Notes: generated by a model not told the origin, from the letters alone. A DNA stretch of 58,011 nt from Vallitaleaceae bacterium (GCA_029935405.1 JAOZKH010000002.1:18122-76132); one strand, 5' to 3'; numbered from the stretch's first letter, positions 19,144 through 29,403 are shown. Made by a program: numbers and translations.

Positions 19144-19168
19144 AGTTTAACCATAATCCTGGTTTTTA
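19128..19168. terminator. Bidirectional terminator
   Basis: TAAAAACCAGGATTA...TAATCCTGGTTTTTA between convergent genes. Confidence 0.75.
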
Positions 19169-19191
19169 ACATATTTTATCACTAATAAGCT

Positions 19192-20679
19192 TTAAAGCAC
19201 TAATTCGTCAAATTGACTTAGAAAATCTTTAATAAACTCCTCGGCCAAATGACAACCGTTAATTTGATCAGATTCAATATTAATTGGTATTACCGGATCA
19301 TGTAATGACATTCGTATTAATAACCAACCTGTATTATTCTGTATATTATAGTTTACACGGATACCTTCATAATTAGGAGATACAACTTCGAAGCGAGAAT
19401 CATTAGATACAAGTTTTTCGAATGTAGTTAATACATTTTTACCATAATCAACAAATTCTTCAAGTCCTATCTTAATTCTTATGCTAAGTTCATCTTTTGG
19501 TTCTACTAAAGTGGAAATTAAATCAGATATATCTTTACCTTCTTGTTTGAGTTGAGCAAGTTTTATAAGGATTTTAGTTACTATATAAGCACCATCATCT
19601 AAGAAGTGATTTTCTTTAAAGGCTCCATGTCCTGAAGTTTCTATTGCTAAAGTACTCATAGTACCTTCGTTATTGAGTCTGATAGACTCATCAATTACAT
19701 TTTTGTAGCCACGACGGTATCTGTGATGTTTTCCACCAAGGCTTTCTATAAATGATTGTAAACCGTCAGAGGTGACTGAGTCAGTTACAATTGTTGAACC
19801 TGGTTGTTCTTCTATTGCAATAGCACTCATTAATGCGATTAGCTTATTTCTATTTATTGCCTTACCCTTTGAATCTATTACTGCAGCCCGATCAACATCA
19901 GTGTCAAAAATGATTCCAAGATCAGCTTTAGCTAGTTTTGTAGCATCGATAATTGAATTTATTGCATCTGTATCTTCAGGATTTGGTATGTGGTTAGGGA
20001 AGTTACCATCAGGATCTAAAAACTGGCTGCCAGTTGTATCTGCGCCAAGAACTTTTAATACTTTATCGGCAAAAAAACCTCCTGCACCATTACCCGCATC
20101 AACGATTATCTTCATGTCTTTGAGAGGTTTGTCGCTATTAGTGCTTTTTCTAATAATATTAACAATATGTGATGAATATTTGCTAACTAAGTCAAAAGAT
20201 TTTACGGTAGAGATATCCTCCAAATATTCTTTGGATTCGTTAATATTAGTTAATAATTCCTTGATATCGGTTTTGTTAAGTCCACCTTCTTTAGTGAAAA
20301 ACTTCATTCCATTTTTATTAAAAGGAAGGTGACTTGCAGTAAGCATAATACCTGCATCAGCGTTACTTTCTTCGAAAATTGTACTCATAAATACAGACGG
20401 AGTTGAAGTGATTCCACAATTTAGTGGTGTAATTCCAAGTGAAGCTAGTCCACTAAAAATGCCAATCTTTAGATCGTCACCACTTAATCTTGAATCACAA
20501 CCAATTGAAATAGTTAAACTATCAGTACTTTTATTAAGTTTTTTAGATAGCCATTCACCAAAGGAAACTGCTAGATAATAGGTTTCGTTTTTGCTTAAAT
20601 TAATTTTTTCGCCAGGCACACCTTCAAGTGCTACTCCGCGAACATCTGAACCGTTTTGAAGTTTGAAATAGTTTAACAT
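19192..20679 (-). CDS. Phosphomannomutase/phosphoglucomutase
   Basis: TASHLP phosphoserine, FDTDVDR metal loop, IETSGH. Confidence 0.92.
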   Translation of the reverse strand: MLNYFKLQNGSDVRGVALEGVPGEKINLSKNETYYLAVSFGEWLSKKLNKSTDSLTISIGCDSRLSGDDLKIGIFSGLASLGITPLNCGITSTPSVFMSTIFEESNADAGIMLTASHLPFNKNGMKFFTKEGGLNKTDIKELLTNINESKEYLEDISTVKSFDLVSKYSSHIVNIIRKSTNSDKPLKDMKIIVDAGNGAGGFFADKVLKVLGADTTGSQFLDPDGNFPNHIPNPEDTDAINSIIDATKLAKADLGIIFDTDVDRAAVIDSKGKAINRNKLIALMSAIAIEEQPGSTIVTDSVTSDGLQSFIESLGGKHHRYRRGYKNVIDESIRLNNEGTMSTLAIETSGHGAFKENHFLDDGAYIVTKILIKLAQLKQEGKDISDLISTLVEPKDELSIRIKIGLEEFVDYGKNVLTTFEKLVSNDSRFEVVSPNYEGIRVNYNIQNNTGWLLIRMSLHDPVIPINIESDQINGCHLAEEFIKDFLSQFDELVL

Positions 20680-20820
20680 ATAGACCTCCTAAGACCTAGT
20701 TGGTTATTGTTTGCATAAGGAATAAATTCATGTTTATTCATAAAGATTATAGCATAAGGAGGAAGAAAAAAACAGATGGGTATGTTATTATGGATAGTAT
20801 AATAAGTGTTGGAGGTAGTT

Positions 20821-21360
20821 ATGATTCATTTAGTTACAGGCGGAATGAGAAGTGGAAAGAGTTCTTATGTAGAAGAGCAATTGAAATCATGTACTAAAAT
20901 ATTATATATAGCGACAAGCATGATTACAGATGATGAAATGAAAGAAAGAGTGAGAATTCATAAGAGCAGAAGGGGTGAAAGATATAGAACTTTTGAAGGA
21001 CATAATAAATTACATAAGGTGATTAGTGAAGCTATAGAAGAAAATATTATGCTTGAGTGTGTTGGTACACTAATAACAAATATGATATTTGACAGATATA
21101 GTGATGTTGAAGAGTTAACTATAGAACAAACAAATAAATTAGAGGAAGAGATATTGATAGAAATAAACAAAATAATAGATGTGTCTATTAATAAGAATAT
21201 CTATATTATAACAAATGAAGTTGGTATGGGGTTAATATCAGAGTATAAATTAAGTAGGGTTTTTACAGATATAATCGGTAGAGTTAATCAAACCATAGCA
21301 AGAAAATCAGATAAAGTTACGCTAATGGTGAGCGGAATACCAATGCTTATAAAATCTTAA
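20821..21360 (+). CDS. cobU: Adenosylcobinamide kinase / adenosylcobinamide-phosphate guanylyltransferase
   Basis: TGGMRSGKS P-loop, EMKERVRIHKSRR, TNEVGMG, GRVNQ. ATG 20821 after GGAGG. Confidence 0.9.
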   Translation: MIHLVTGGMRSGKSSYVEEQLKSCTKILYIATSMITDDEMKERVRIHKSRRGERYRTFEGHNKLHKVISEAIEENIMLECVGTLITNMIFDRYSDVEELTIEQTNKLEEEILIEINKIIDVSINKNIYIITNEVGMGLISEYKLSRVFTDIIGRVNQTIARKSDKVTLMVSGIPMLIKS

Positions 21361-21365
21361 TATGA

Positions 21366-21394
21366 ATTTTATGAGTAGAAACATCTCATAAAAT
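21366..21394. repeat. Small hairpin, second repeat family (related copy at 48520-48549)
   Basis: ATTTTATGAG-TAGAAACAT-CTCATAAAAT. Confidence 0.55.
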
Positions 21395-21437
21395 GTCAAG
21401 GAAACTTTACTTCCAGCTTGCGAAATATAAGCTGCGC

Positions 21438-22892
21438 TTATAACGAGGCTGCGCCTCTTTTCTTATCAGAGTACATTTTTATGTCTGAAATTGTTAGTAA
21501 TCCGTCAATAGTATCTGCATCAATAGGATAAGTAGCTATACCGTAGCTGAAGCGTCCTTTAAATTCGTAGTCTTCATCTTCTATGACAAGTTGAGTGTAG
21601 AGTGTTTGAAGAAGTGTAAGTTTTTTCTTAAGAGTCAAATGATCAGTAGTTGAAAAAATGCCTAAAAATTCATCTCCACCAATTCTTGCAAAAGTATCTG
21701 TTGAGCGAAACTGAATCTTTATAAAAGATGCGAAGTGCTCTAGGTATTTATCTCCAGCAGCATGACCAAAATTATCATTAATAATCTTTAGACCGTCTAA
21801 ATCAAACATAACTAATGAAAGCATTAATGTATCTCTCTTAGCAAGTAGTAATCTGTCTTCAAATATAGTTGTGAAATAACCTCGGTTCATAAGCCCTGTT
21901 AAAGAGTCATAACGTGACAATATTAGGGTTTCTTTATTGAGTGAATATATTTGATATATGATGGGTATCTGAAGTTGAATATATTCTGCAATGTTTATAT
22001 CTACTTGGTTAAATGAAGCAACAGAAGCACTTTCAAGGACGATAACAATTGTGCAATTTTCGTTCAGTTCTACAGGAATATAAAGACATGAATTTACTCT
22101 ACGTCCATCTAAAGTAGCTAGCCACTTCGGATAGTCACTTGAAAAATAAATATTAAGGTCGTCAATTATATCAGCAGTTTTAAATATTCCATGGGAATGT
22201 TCTGTAATATACCAATCGCTAATAGGTATGGTAAATTCATCTATATCATCTGAGTTATGTCCTATATTTGCAAGCGTTTTTATTCTATGGTCGCAAATCT
22301 CATATATTGCTCCATAATTAACATGTTCAAAATTATTAACCAATTCATCTAATAATAAATTATGAAAATTAATTCTATCTGAATTTTGATTGATGATATG
22401 ACTAATATTAATCATTACGTCTTTTATTATGTTCTGGCGCTGTATTAAACGTTCAGTGTTTTTTTGTGTTGTGATATCTACCATTACGCCGACTAAACCT
22501 ATCGCATTATGATGTTCGTCCATATGGGCTGTTTTATGGTACATAACATCATGAAGTGAGCCGTCGTGATATTTGACCCTAGATTCATAAATCTGAGTTG
22601 ATTGGCTTTGCATTAAATCAAGATCAGATTGATGATATTCATGGGCAAGGTTAATTGGAGCAATATCAAATACAGTGTGTTTGATAATTGATTCTTTAGT
22701 CATACCTAAATAATCACAAAAAGCTTTGTTGCAAAATTGATAAACCCCTAAGTTATCCTTATAAAAAATTGGACTTGGGATTATTTCCATTAATGTTTCT
22801 AAAAAAGACACATCTTTAGCGGCCTGTAAAACTTTTGTAATGGCATCTATTTCATTTTTAGTAAAATGTTTGTTTGAATTATCAATCTTCAT
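21438..22892 (-). CDS. PAS-(GAF-like)-GGDEF diguanylate cyclase
   Basis: PAS (IPSPIFYKD...CNKAF), DSLTGLMNR, DLDGLKIIND.FGH..GD, ARIGGDEF. Confidence 0.9.
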   Translation of the reverse strand: MKIDNSNKHFTKNEIDAITKVLQAAKDVSFLETLMEIIPSPIFYKDNLGVYQFCNKAFCDYLGMTKESIIKHTVFDIAPINLAHEYHQSDLDLMQSQSTQIYESRVKYHDGSLHDVMYHKTAHMDEHHNAIGLVGVMVDITTQKNTERLIQRQNIIKDVMINISHIINQNSDRINFHNLLLDELVNNFEHVNYGAIYEICDHRIKTLANIGHNSDDIDEFTIPISDWYITEHSHGIFKTADIIDDLNIYFSSDYPKWLATLDGRRVNSCLYIPVELNENCTIVIVLESASVASFNQVDINIAEYIQLQIPIIYQIYSLNKETLILSRYDSLTGLMNRGYFTTIFEDRLLLAKRDTLMLSLVMFDLDGLKIINDNFGHAAGDKYLEHFASFIKIQFRSTDTFARIGGDEFLGIFSTTDHLTLKKKLTLLQTLYTQLVIEDEDYEFKGRFSYGIATYPIDADTIDGLLTISDIKMYSDKKRGAASL

Positions 22893-22964
22893 TACTACTC
22901 CTTAGAGTTATTTCATAAATCTATTTTATCATAAGGTCGTAAAAGATAAAAGAGTTAATTATAT

Positions 22965-23024
22965 GGTTAAGGTGTCAAAACTACATAGTTAAAATTAGAG
23001 AAACTTAGTTTTGACACCTTAACC
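22965..23024. repeat. REP-like copy C: 19-bp inverted arms around a 22-nt spacer (REPIN-like)
   Basis: GGTTAAGGTGTCAAAACTA-CATAGTTAAAATTAGAGAAACT-TAGTTTTGACACCTTAACC. Confidence 0.9.
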
Positions 23025-23342
23025 TTATATTTTAACACAAGAAATAAGCAATAAAAATAATATGTATAGGTTGAAAAGACGAGTATTACTTGACTGAATA
23101 AGGCAAAAATATTACGCAATAATAAGTGGCATATTTATTGTATTTAAAATATGATAAAAAATCATAGCAATTAGACAGAAAAAAACAATAGAAAAAGTCA
23201 AGAAAATAAACGTATAATTAATTATAATAATACGCCGATAATTATTGTGTGAAAAAATATTAATTTTAATTGTTTTTATTATTGATTTATGGTATTATCT
23301 ATATAATGAGGAAAAAGGAAAAAGGAAAAAGGAGAGCATAAA

Positions 23343-23558
23343 GTGCCTAGATTTAGAAATATGAGAGAACGTGTGGAATACGCATATGATGAATTAAATG
23401 TAGATATATATTATGAAGGCGATTATTATTACACAATATTGGATCACTCACGGGACAAATTTGTTAAGATGTTGACAGAAGAAGAGCTTGATGTTGAGTT
23501 AGAACGTATTTGGATAGACCTGAATATATCAAGCGCGACTAGTGGGAGAAGCATATGA
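23343..23558 (+). CDS. Small acidic, Tyr-rich hypothetical protein
   Basis: GTG start after GGAG; ATGA coupling to the next ORF. Confidence 0.6.
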   Translation: MPRFRNMRERVEYAYDELNVDIYYEGDYYYTILDHSRDKFVKMLTEEELDVELERIWIDLNISSATSGRSI

Positions 23559-23746
23559 GAAAGTTTCAGACAGTGCCAACTGATGTATTGATTAATAGTG
23601 AAGACCTTAGAAGACGCTTTAAAGATGTTAAAGAAATTGTACATGAAAAGGGAAATGTAGGCGTTTTGGTAAACAACAGAGTAGATATGATCATGATGGA
23701 TGTAAATGTATATAATGATTTGATGAACCAACTTGAAGATAGATAA
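23555..23746 (+). CDS. Phd/YefM-like antitoxin-fold protein
   Basis: INSEDLRRRFKDVKEIVHEKGNVGVLVNNRVDMIMMDVNVYNDL matches the Phd pattern (i-s-s-dlr-f-..v..g.v.i..nn....v.m....y..l). Confidence 0.65.
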   Translation: MRKFQTVPTDVLINSEDLRRRFKDVKEIVHEKGNVGVLVNNRVDMIMMDVNVYNDLMNQLEDR

Positions 23747-23779
23747 CACATTTGAGAAATATCAAATGTGTTATTTTTT
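23743..23779 (+). terminator. Rho-independent terminator after the two-gene cassette
   Basis: ATAACACATTTGA hairpin with TCAAATGTGTTAT followed by a T tract. Confidence 0.75.
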
Positions 23780-23803
23780 AATTACTATGGTATGATATTA
23801 ATA

Positions 23804-23844
23804 ATGGTTAAGGTGTTAAAACTTGGGATTGATAGCTTAACCAA
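23804..23844. repeat. REP-like copy D (degenerate palindrome)
   Basis: ATGGTTAAGGTGTTAAAACT-TGGGATT-GATAGCTTAACCAA. Confidence 0.7.
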
Positions 23845-23874
23845 TAATGGAGCTTGCAAACGGGGGTATTTGAA

Positions 23875-25485
23875 ATGTATAAACTTATGATGGTCGATGA
23901 TGAAGATACAGTCAGAAAACGTGTGATTAATAATATTGATTTTAGTGAATTTGGAATGGAATTAGTTTGTGAAGCAGAAAATGGAAGTGAAGCATATGAA
24001 ATGTTTTTAGCTCATGAACCTGATGTTGTCATTACAGATATTAAGATGCCGTTTATGGATGGGTTAGAATTATCGGAAAAAATACTTAATGATTATCCCT
24101 ATACTAAGATTATTATATTAACAGGTTTTGATGAGTTTGAATTTGCAAAAAAAAGCATTGAAATACATATAATGAAATATATTTTGAAACCAGTATCAAT
24201 GAAAGAACTTGTTAAAATTCTTAGAGATACCAAAGAAAAAATAGATGAAGAAATAGATGAAAGAAGAAGTTTAGAGCGATTAAAAGAACATTATGATCAA
24301 AGCTTTCCATTAATGCGTCAAAAGTTTCTTGAAGGATTGATCCAAGGCGAATATACCGATGAAACCATTAATAAATGGTTATTGTATTATCATGTTCCTA
24401 TTGAAGGAAATATGTTTAATGTTAGTGTTGTTCAAATTGACGGGTTTTATGCGGATAAAATTGTTAAACGTTCAAGTGAAATTGAACTTCGTAAAATTGC
24501 GCTCCTTGATATGGTTAATGAAATCAGCAGACGATATGAAATTGGAGCTTACTTCTTATATAATGATTATGTTGTTATTATTAATAGTATGGAAACAAAA
24601 GATGAGCAAGAGTTCTTGCAAAGAACAATATCAACTATGGATAAATTAAGGCAAGGTATTGGTAGGTTTTTAGACTTTACAGTAACAATAGGAATTGGTT
24701 ATGTTATTAAAGATAAAACACAAATGAAATCAAGTTATAAAAGTGCTATGAATGCACAAGATTATAAACTAGCCTTAGGTCAGAATCAAGTTATATATAT
24801 CAATGACATGGAACCTAATAATATGATGAGTTTGGACTTTAGTGACTTGGAAGAATCAACGATAAAAAGATTATTAAAAACTGGTTCAAAGGAAAAGTAT
24901 ACGACCTATATCAATAAATTGTTTGAGAAAATGGTTGTTAATATTCAAAAGTCAGATGATATGAGAATATATATATTAGAATTGGTGACAACTCATATGA
25001 AAACAGCTAAAGAAACAGGCTGTGCTATTAATACAAACGATGAAGGTACAGATTTAAATGAAATACTTGAGCATATAGAAAATATTAATTTTGTTAAAAG
25101 TACAATACTTATAAATGGTTATAAGATTATTGAAGGTGTTTCATCTACAAGAGTGGATTCGTCTAAGAGTCTTGCAGCTGAGGCTATGAAATATGTCAAA
25201 CTTAATTATACGAACTGGGAGCTAAACGTTGAAAGCATTAGCGCATATCTTCACTATAGCCCTAATTACTTTAGCAGTGTATTCAAAAAAGAAACAGGAA
25301 TAGCTTTTATGAAGTACCTACTCGATATCCGTCTTGAAAAAGCAAAAGAATTATTACAGACAACTAATATGAAAAACTTTGAGATAGCTGTTGAAATCGG
25401 ATTCTCTTCAGCTAACTATTTTTCGTTTTGTTTCAAGAAAGAATTGGGGATATCGCCATCACAGTTCAAAAAAACAAATAAGTGA
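23875..25485 (+). CDS. YesN-type response regulator (receiver plus AraC HTH)
   Basis: VDDE, ITDIKMP, YILKP; C-terminal AraC (YFSSVFKKETG...GFSSANYF). Confidence 0.92.
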   Translation: MYKLMMVDDEDTVRKRVINNIDFSEFGMELVCEAENGSEAYEMFLAHEPDVVITDIKMPFMDGLELSEKILNDYPYTKIIILTGFDEFEFAKKSIEIHIMKYILKPVSMKELVKILRDTKEKIDEEIDERRSLERLKEHYDQSFPLMRQKFLEGLIQGEYTDETINKWLLYYHVPIEGNMFNVSVVQIDGFYADKIVKRSSEIELRKIALLDMVNEISRRYEIGAYFLYNDYVVIINSMETKDEQEFLQRTISTMDKLRQGIGRFLDFTVTIGIGYVIKDKTQMKSSYKSAMNAQDYKLALGQNQVIYINDMEPNNMMSLDFSDLEESTIKRLLKTGSKEKYTTYINKLFEKMVVNIQKSDDMRIYILELVTTHMKTAKETGCAINTNDEGTDLNEILEHIENINFVKSTILINGYKIIEGVSSTRVDSSKSLAAEAMKYVKLNYTNWELNVESISAYLHYSPNYFSSVFKKETGIAFMKYLLDIRLEKAKELLQTTNMKNFEIAVEIGFSSANYFSFCFKKELGISPSQFKKTNK

Positions 25486-25494
25486 GGTTAAATA

Positions 25495-27237
25495 ATGAAG
25501 ATATTTTCAAAATTGAATAACCTACAGTTTATTATAGCAATCTCAAGTATACTTCTGGCAATTATTCCAATGACATACACATCATACTCATTGTATAGTA
25601 GATACTCAGATGAATTGATTGTTAATTCCCAAGTATTTACATCTCAGATAATGGATCAGTTAAGATTTAATATTGATGAATATTTAAGAAATGCAACTAC
25701 AACAAATGAAGATATTGAGAAAATACTGAATAATAGTAATTTTATGATTGACTCAACATTTAGAACTGAAGTAAATTCATATTTTTCGTCAAGAAATGAT
25801 ATTGTTTCAATTAATATATATGATGAGCATGGAAATATGGAGTTTGATTTACCAGGGAAAACTTTACGAACAAGTTATGATATACAAGATGAAGTATGGT
25901 TTGAACCTATGTTAACTGGTAATAGTTTATATTATTTTTCGAAGCCTCATGTGCAATATACTTATAGTAATGATCAAAGGTGGGTTATTTCCGTTGTTAA
26001 AATGCTTAATATTGGTCAAGGAAATGAACTCAAAAAAGGATTGTTGAAAGTGGATATTAGTATTAAACAGTTAGATGATTTGTGTAAATCGCTTAATCTT
26101 GGTGGAAGTGGTTATGTGTTTATTACTGATTCAGATAATAGTATTATATATCATCCACAACAAGCGTTGATTTATGCTGGTTTAAAAGAAGAGATTGTAC
26201 CAGGTAAATTTGAACAATCAATTCAATTAGAAACTCCGCAAGGTTTTGAGGTGATTTCAATAACAAAATCTTTAAGTTTTGTTGATTGGAAATTAGTGGG
26301 TGTAACACATATTGATGCAATAACTAAAAATAATAGTAGAATATTAAGTGAAGTTCTTGTGATTATACCTATTATTGTATTTGCAATTATTCTAATATCT
26401 TGGTTTATTTCAGGAATGATTACATCTCCTATTAGAGAGCTCGAGAGTAAAATGCGTAGAGTTCAAAAAGGAGACTTTAAAGCATTGGTTAATCTTGAGT
26501 ATGGAGAAAAAGAGGTTGTAGAATTAGCCAATTCCTATAATGCAATGGTCGTTAAGATAGAAGATCTTATGCGTAAGAACAAAGAGGAACATGAAGCGAA
26601 AAGACAGAGTGAACTTAATGCGTTGCAAGCTCAAATCAATCCTCACTTTTTATATAACACCCTAGATTCAATTATGTGGATGGCAGAAAGTGGGCAAAAT
26701 GAAGAAGTTGTTGATATGGTAACAGCCTTAGCTAGATTGTTTAGAATCAGTATTAGTAAAGGGCAAAAACGTATTTTTGTTAGTGAAGAACTAGAACATG
26801 CAAGAAACTATTTACTTATTCAAAAGAGAAGATATAAAGAAAAATTTCAATTTCATATAGAATCTAATGAAGAAATTGATAACTTGATTACGCTTAAGCT
26901 TATATTACAACCAATTATTGAAAATGCAATTTATCATGGTATTGAATATATGGTGGATGAAGGAGAAATTAAAATTTCCGTTATTGCAACAAAGGACAAA
27001 CTTATTTATACAGTTGAAGATAATGGGCTAGGTATGAATGAAGAAACAAGATTATCACTATTACACTCTAGCGAAGGTGTAGAACCTACAAAAGGTGGTT
27101 CAGGTGTTGGCGTTCGTAATGTTGATGAACGGATTAAATTGAGTTATGGCGATGATTATGGGTTGGAAATAGAAAGCGTAATAGAAGAGGGTACAACGGT
27201 TAGAATTGTTTTACCTAGGATAGAAGGTGATCGTTAG
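25495..27237 (+). CDS. YesM/LytS-type sensor histidine kinase (dCache-HAMP)
   Basis: LQAQINPHFLYNTL, LQPIIENAIYHG, DNGLG, GVGVRNV. Confidence 0.92.
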   Translation: MKIFSKLNNLQFIIAISSILLAIIPMTYTSYSLYSRYSDELIVNSQVFTSQIMDQLRFNIDEYLRNATTTNEDIEKILNNSNFMIDSTFRTEVNSYFSSRNDIVSINIYDEHGNMEFDLPGKTLRTSYDIQDEVWFEPMLTGNSLYYFSKPHVQYTYSNDQRWVISVVKMLNIGQGNELKKGLLKVDISIKQLDDLCKSLNLGGSGYVFITDSDNSIIYHPQQALIYAGLKEEIVPGKFEQSIQLETPQGFEVISITKSLSFVDWKLVGVTHIDAITKNNSRILSEVLVIIPIIVFAIILISWFISGMITSPIRELESKMRRVQKGDFKALVNLEYGEKEVVELANSYNAMVVKIEDLMRKNKEEHEAKRQSELNALQAQINPHFLYNTLDSIMWMAESGQNEEVVDMVTALARLFRISISKGQKRIFVSEELEHARNYLLIQKRRYKEKFQFHIESNEEIDNLITLKLILQPIIENAIYHGIEYMVDEGEIKISVIATKDKLIYTVEDNGLGMNEETRLSLLHSSEGVEPTKGGSGVGVRNVDERIKLSYGDDYGLEIESVIEEGTTVRIVLPRIEGDR

Positions 27238-28196
27238 TGCGAAAAAAAAGCTTTAGATTTATGGTTGTTCTTATACTACTGTTTTTATTAGCAGCTCTTT
27301 TGGTTAATATTGATTTACCTAACGATATAGAAGAAGTAAAGATTGATATGATTATTAAATCTAAGTATGGTAGTCAATGGGAGTTGATAAGTCTAGGAGC
27401 ATATGCAGCAGCTAATGAATATGGTGCACAATTAGCAATATTAGCACCAGATTATGAAAAAGATGTTTTGGCTCAGAAAAGTCTTTTGCTTAATGCAAGG
27501 AATGAATCAGGAGATGTTATTATATTAGCTCCAATTAATTATAGTCAGTTAAAAGAGCCAGTCGTTGAGATTTCTAACCATGGAATTCCTGTTATGACAA
27601 TAGTTTCAGAGTGGGAAACAACTGATGTGTATTCAAGCTTAACAAGTGATTATATTGAAGTTGGTAATATGCTTGGAGAGGCCTTGGTAAGAGAAATTGG
27701 CTTAGAGGGAAATATTGTTATTGTGGCAACTGTTAATGATGCACTTATTATTGAACAAAAATTGCAAGGACTTAATGAGTTTTTAGATATGAAAACTAAT
27801 ATAAAGTTACTTGAGATTATCTATACTGCAACAGATATATATTCCGTTGAAAGAAGATTTTATAATTATTTACAAGAAACTAACATAGATGGAATTATTA
27901 CGTTAGATACAGTGTCGACAATTGGTATTGGCAAGGCAATCGAAAGACTTGATATAAATATTGGAGCAATTGGTACGAATATTTATGAAGATGATCTTTA
28001 TCTATTAGATGAAGGATATTTTGATCAGATAGTAGATGAAAACTTTTTTGCGATAGGTTATCTAGCGGTAGAGAACTCTATTAATAAAATAAAAGATAAT
28101 GATGTGTTTGTACATAAGAAGATATCAGCATATGTAATTAATAAAAATAACATGTATGATAATGATATTCAGAAGATAATATTCCCAATAAAATAG
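27237..28196 (+). CDS. Sugar-binding periplasmic-type protein coupled to the kinase (probable sensory binding protein)
   Basis: N-terminal membrane anchor, RbsB-like pattern; GTG overlaps the kinase stop. Confidence 0.75.
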   Translation: MRKKSFRFMVVLILLFLLAALLVNIDLPNDIEEVKIDMIIKSKYGSQWELISLGAYAAANEYGAQLAILAPDYEKDVLAQKSLLLNARNESGDVIILAPINYSQLKEPVVEISNHGIPVMTIVSEWETTDVYSSLTSDYIEVGNMLGEALVREIGLEGNIVIVATVNDALIIEQKLQGLNEFLDMKTNIKLLEIIYTATDIYSVERRFYNYLQETNIDGIITLDTVSTIGIGKAIERLDINIGAIGTNIYEDDLYLLDEGYFDQIVDENFFAIGYLAVENSINKIKDNDVFVHKKISAYVINKNNMYDNDIQKIIFPIK

Positions 28197-28330
28197 TCGT
28201 AATATATTACAAAAATATTACGATACAGTTGGAATTCGATAATTAATCGTAGTTTTTCTACGTCTTTTTCATGGTAAATACTATATACTAACATTTGTAA
28301 CGATAACGAATTATTATTAGGAGGGCACAC

Positions 28331-29347
28331 ATGAAAAAAACATTATCACTTTTATTAGTATTAGTAATGGCAGTTAGTTTATTCGCAGGATGCGCAGGCG
28401 GAGATGACGGAAAAACAATTATCGGTTTTACAATTTACAAATATGATGATAACTTTATGTCATTTGTAAGAAGAGCAATTGAAAAGAATGAAGATCAAGT
28501 TGATGAACTTCTTATGAACGATTCACAAAATGATCAAGCTAAGCAAAATGAGCAAGTTGACGTTATGATTGAAAAAGGCGCTGACTCACTAGCAATTAAC
28601 TTAGTTGATCCACAAGCGGCTTCAACTATTATTCAAAAAGCTAAAGATGCTGAGATTCCAGTAGTATTCTTTAACAAAGAGCCATCAGCTGAGGACCTTA
28701 ACAGCTATGATCAATGTTGGTATGTTGGAACAACTTCATCAGAAGCTGGTATTATTCAAGGTGAATTAATTAGAGATGCATGGAAAGCTCATCCAGAGTG
28801 GGACACTAATGGCGACGGCGTTTTACAATATGTTTTACTTAAAGGCGAACCAGGACATCCTGATGCAGAAGCTCGTACTAAATTTGCGATTTCTACAGTT
28901 GTAGATGCAGGAATTAAAGTAGAAGAATTAGAACTTCAAACAGCTATGTGGGATTCAGCAAAAGCTAAAGACCTTATGGATGCATGGTTAAGTAAACATG
29001 GCGAAGGAATTGAATTTGTTGTTGCTAATAATGACGGTATGGCACTTGGTGCTATCGCTTCATTGCAAGGTAATGGATATTTTGAAGGCGACCTATTCAT
29101 GCCAGTTGTTGGTGTAGACGCTATTCCTGATGCATTATCAAAAATTGAAGAAGGTTCAATGGTTGGTACAGTTCTTAATGACGCAACTAATCAAGGTCAA
29201 GCTACATTTGATTTAGCTAAAAATGTTGCAGAAGGCAAAGATCCTCTTGAAGGAACTAGCTGGGTATTACAAGATAAAGCAGTTCGTGTTGCTTATGTTG
29301 CTGTAAACATTGACAATATTGAATTTGGTAAAAAAGCATACGAGTAA
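28331..29347 (+). CDS. mglB: Galactose/glucose ABC transporter substrate-binding lipoprotein
   Basis: Lipobox LFAGC, IYKYDDNFMS, NDSQNDQ, LKGEPGHPDAEART, NNDGMALGA. Confidence 0.9.
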   Translation: MKKTLSLLLVLVMAVSLFAGCAGGDDGKTIIGFTIYKYDDNFMSFVRRAIEKNEDQVDELLMNDSQNDQAKQNEQVDVMIEKGADSLAINLVDPQAASTIIQKAKDAEIPVVFFNKEPSAEDLNSYDQCWYVGTTSSEAGIIQGELIRDAWKAHPEWDTNGDGVLQYVLLKGEPGHPDAEARTKFAISTVVDAGIKVEELELQTAMWDSAKAKDLMDAWLSKHGEGIEFVVANNDGMALGAIASLQGNGYFEGDLFMPVVGVDAIPDALSKIEEGSMVGTVLNDATNQGQATFDLAKNVAEGKDPLEGTSWVLQDKAVRVAYVAVNIDNIEFGKKAYE

Positions 29348-29372
29348 GATAAAATATTAATGTAATATAAAC

Positions 29373-29403
29373 TATGCCGGAGGCATCACGTGTCTCCGGC
29401 ATA
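29373..29403 (+). terminator. Stem-loop after mglB (partial terminator or mRNA stabiliser)
   Basis: TATGCCGGAG...CTCCGGCATA. Confidence 0.65.

Noticed and set aside
19144-19156. TTAACCATAA as another REP copy
   Set aside because: Only a 10-nt AT-rich match inside a terminator loop; could be chance.
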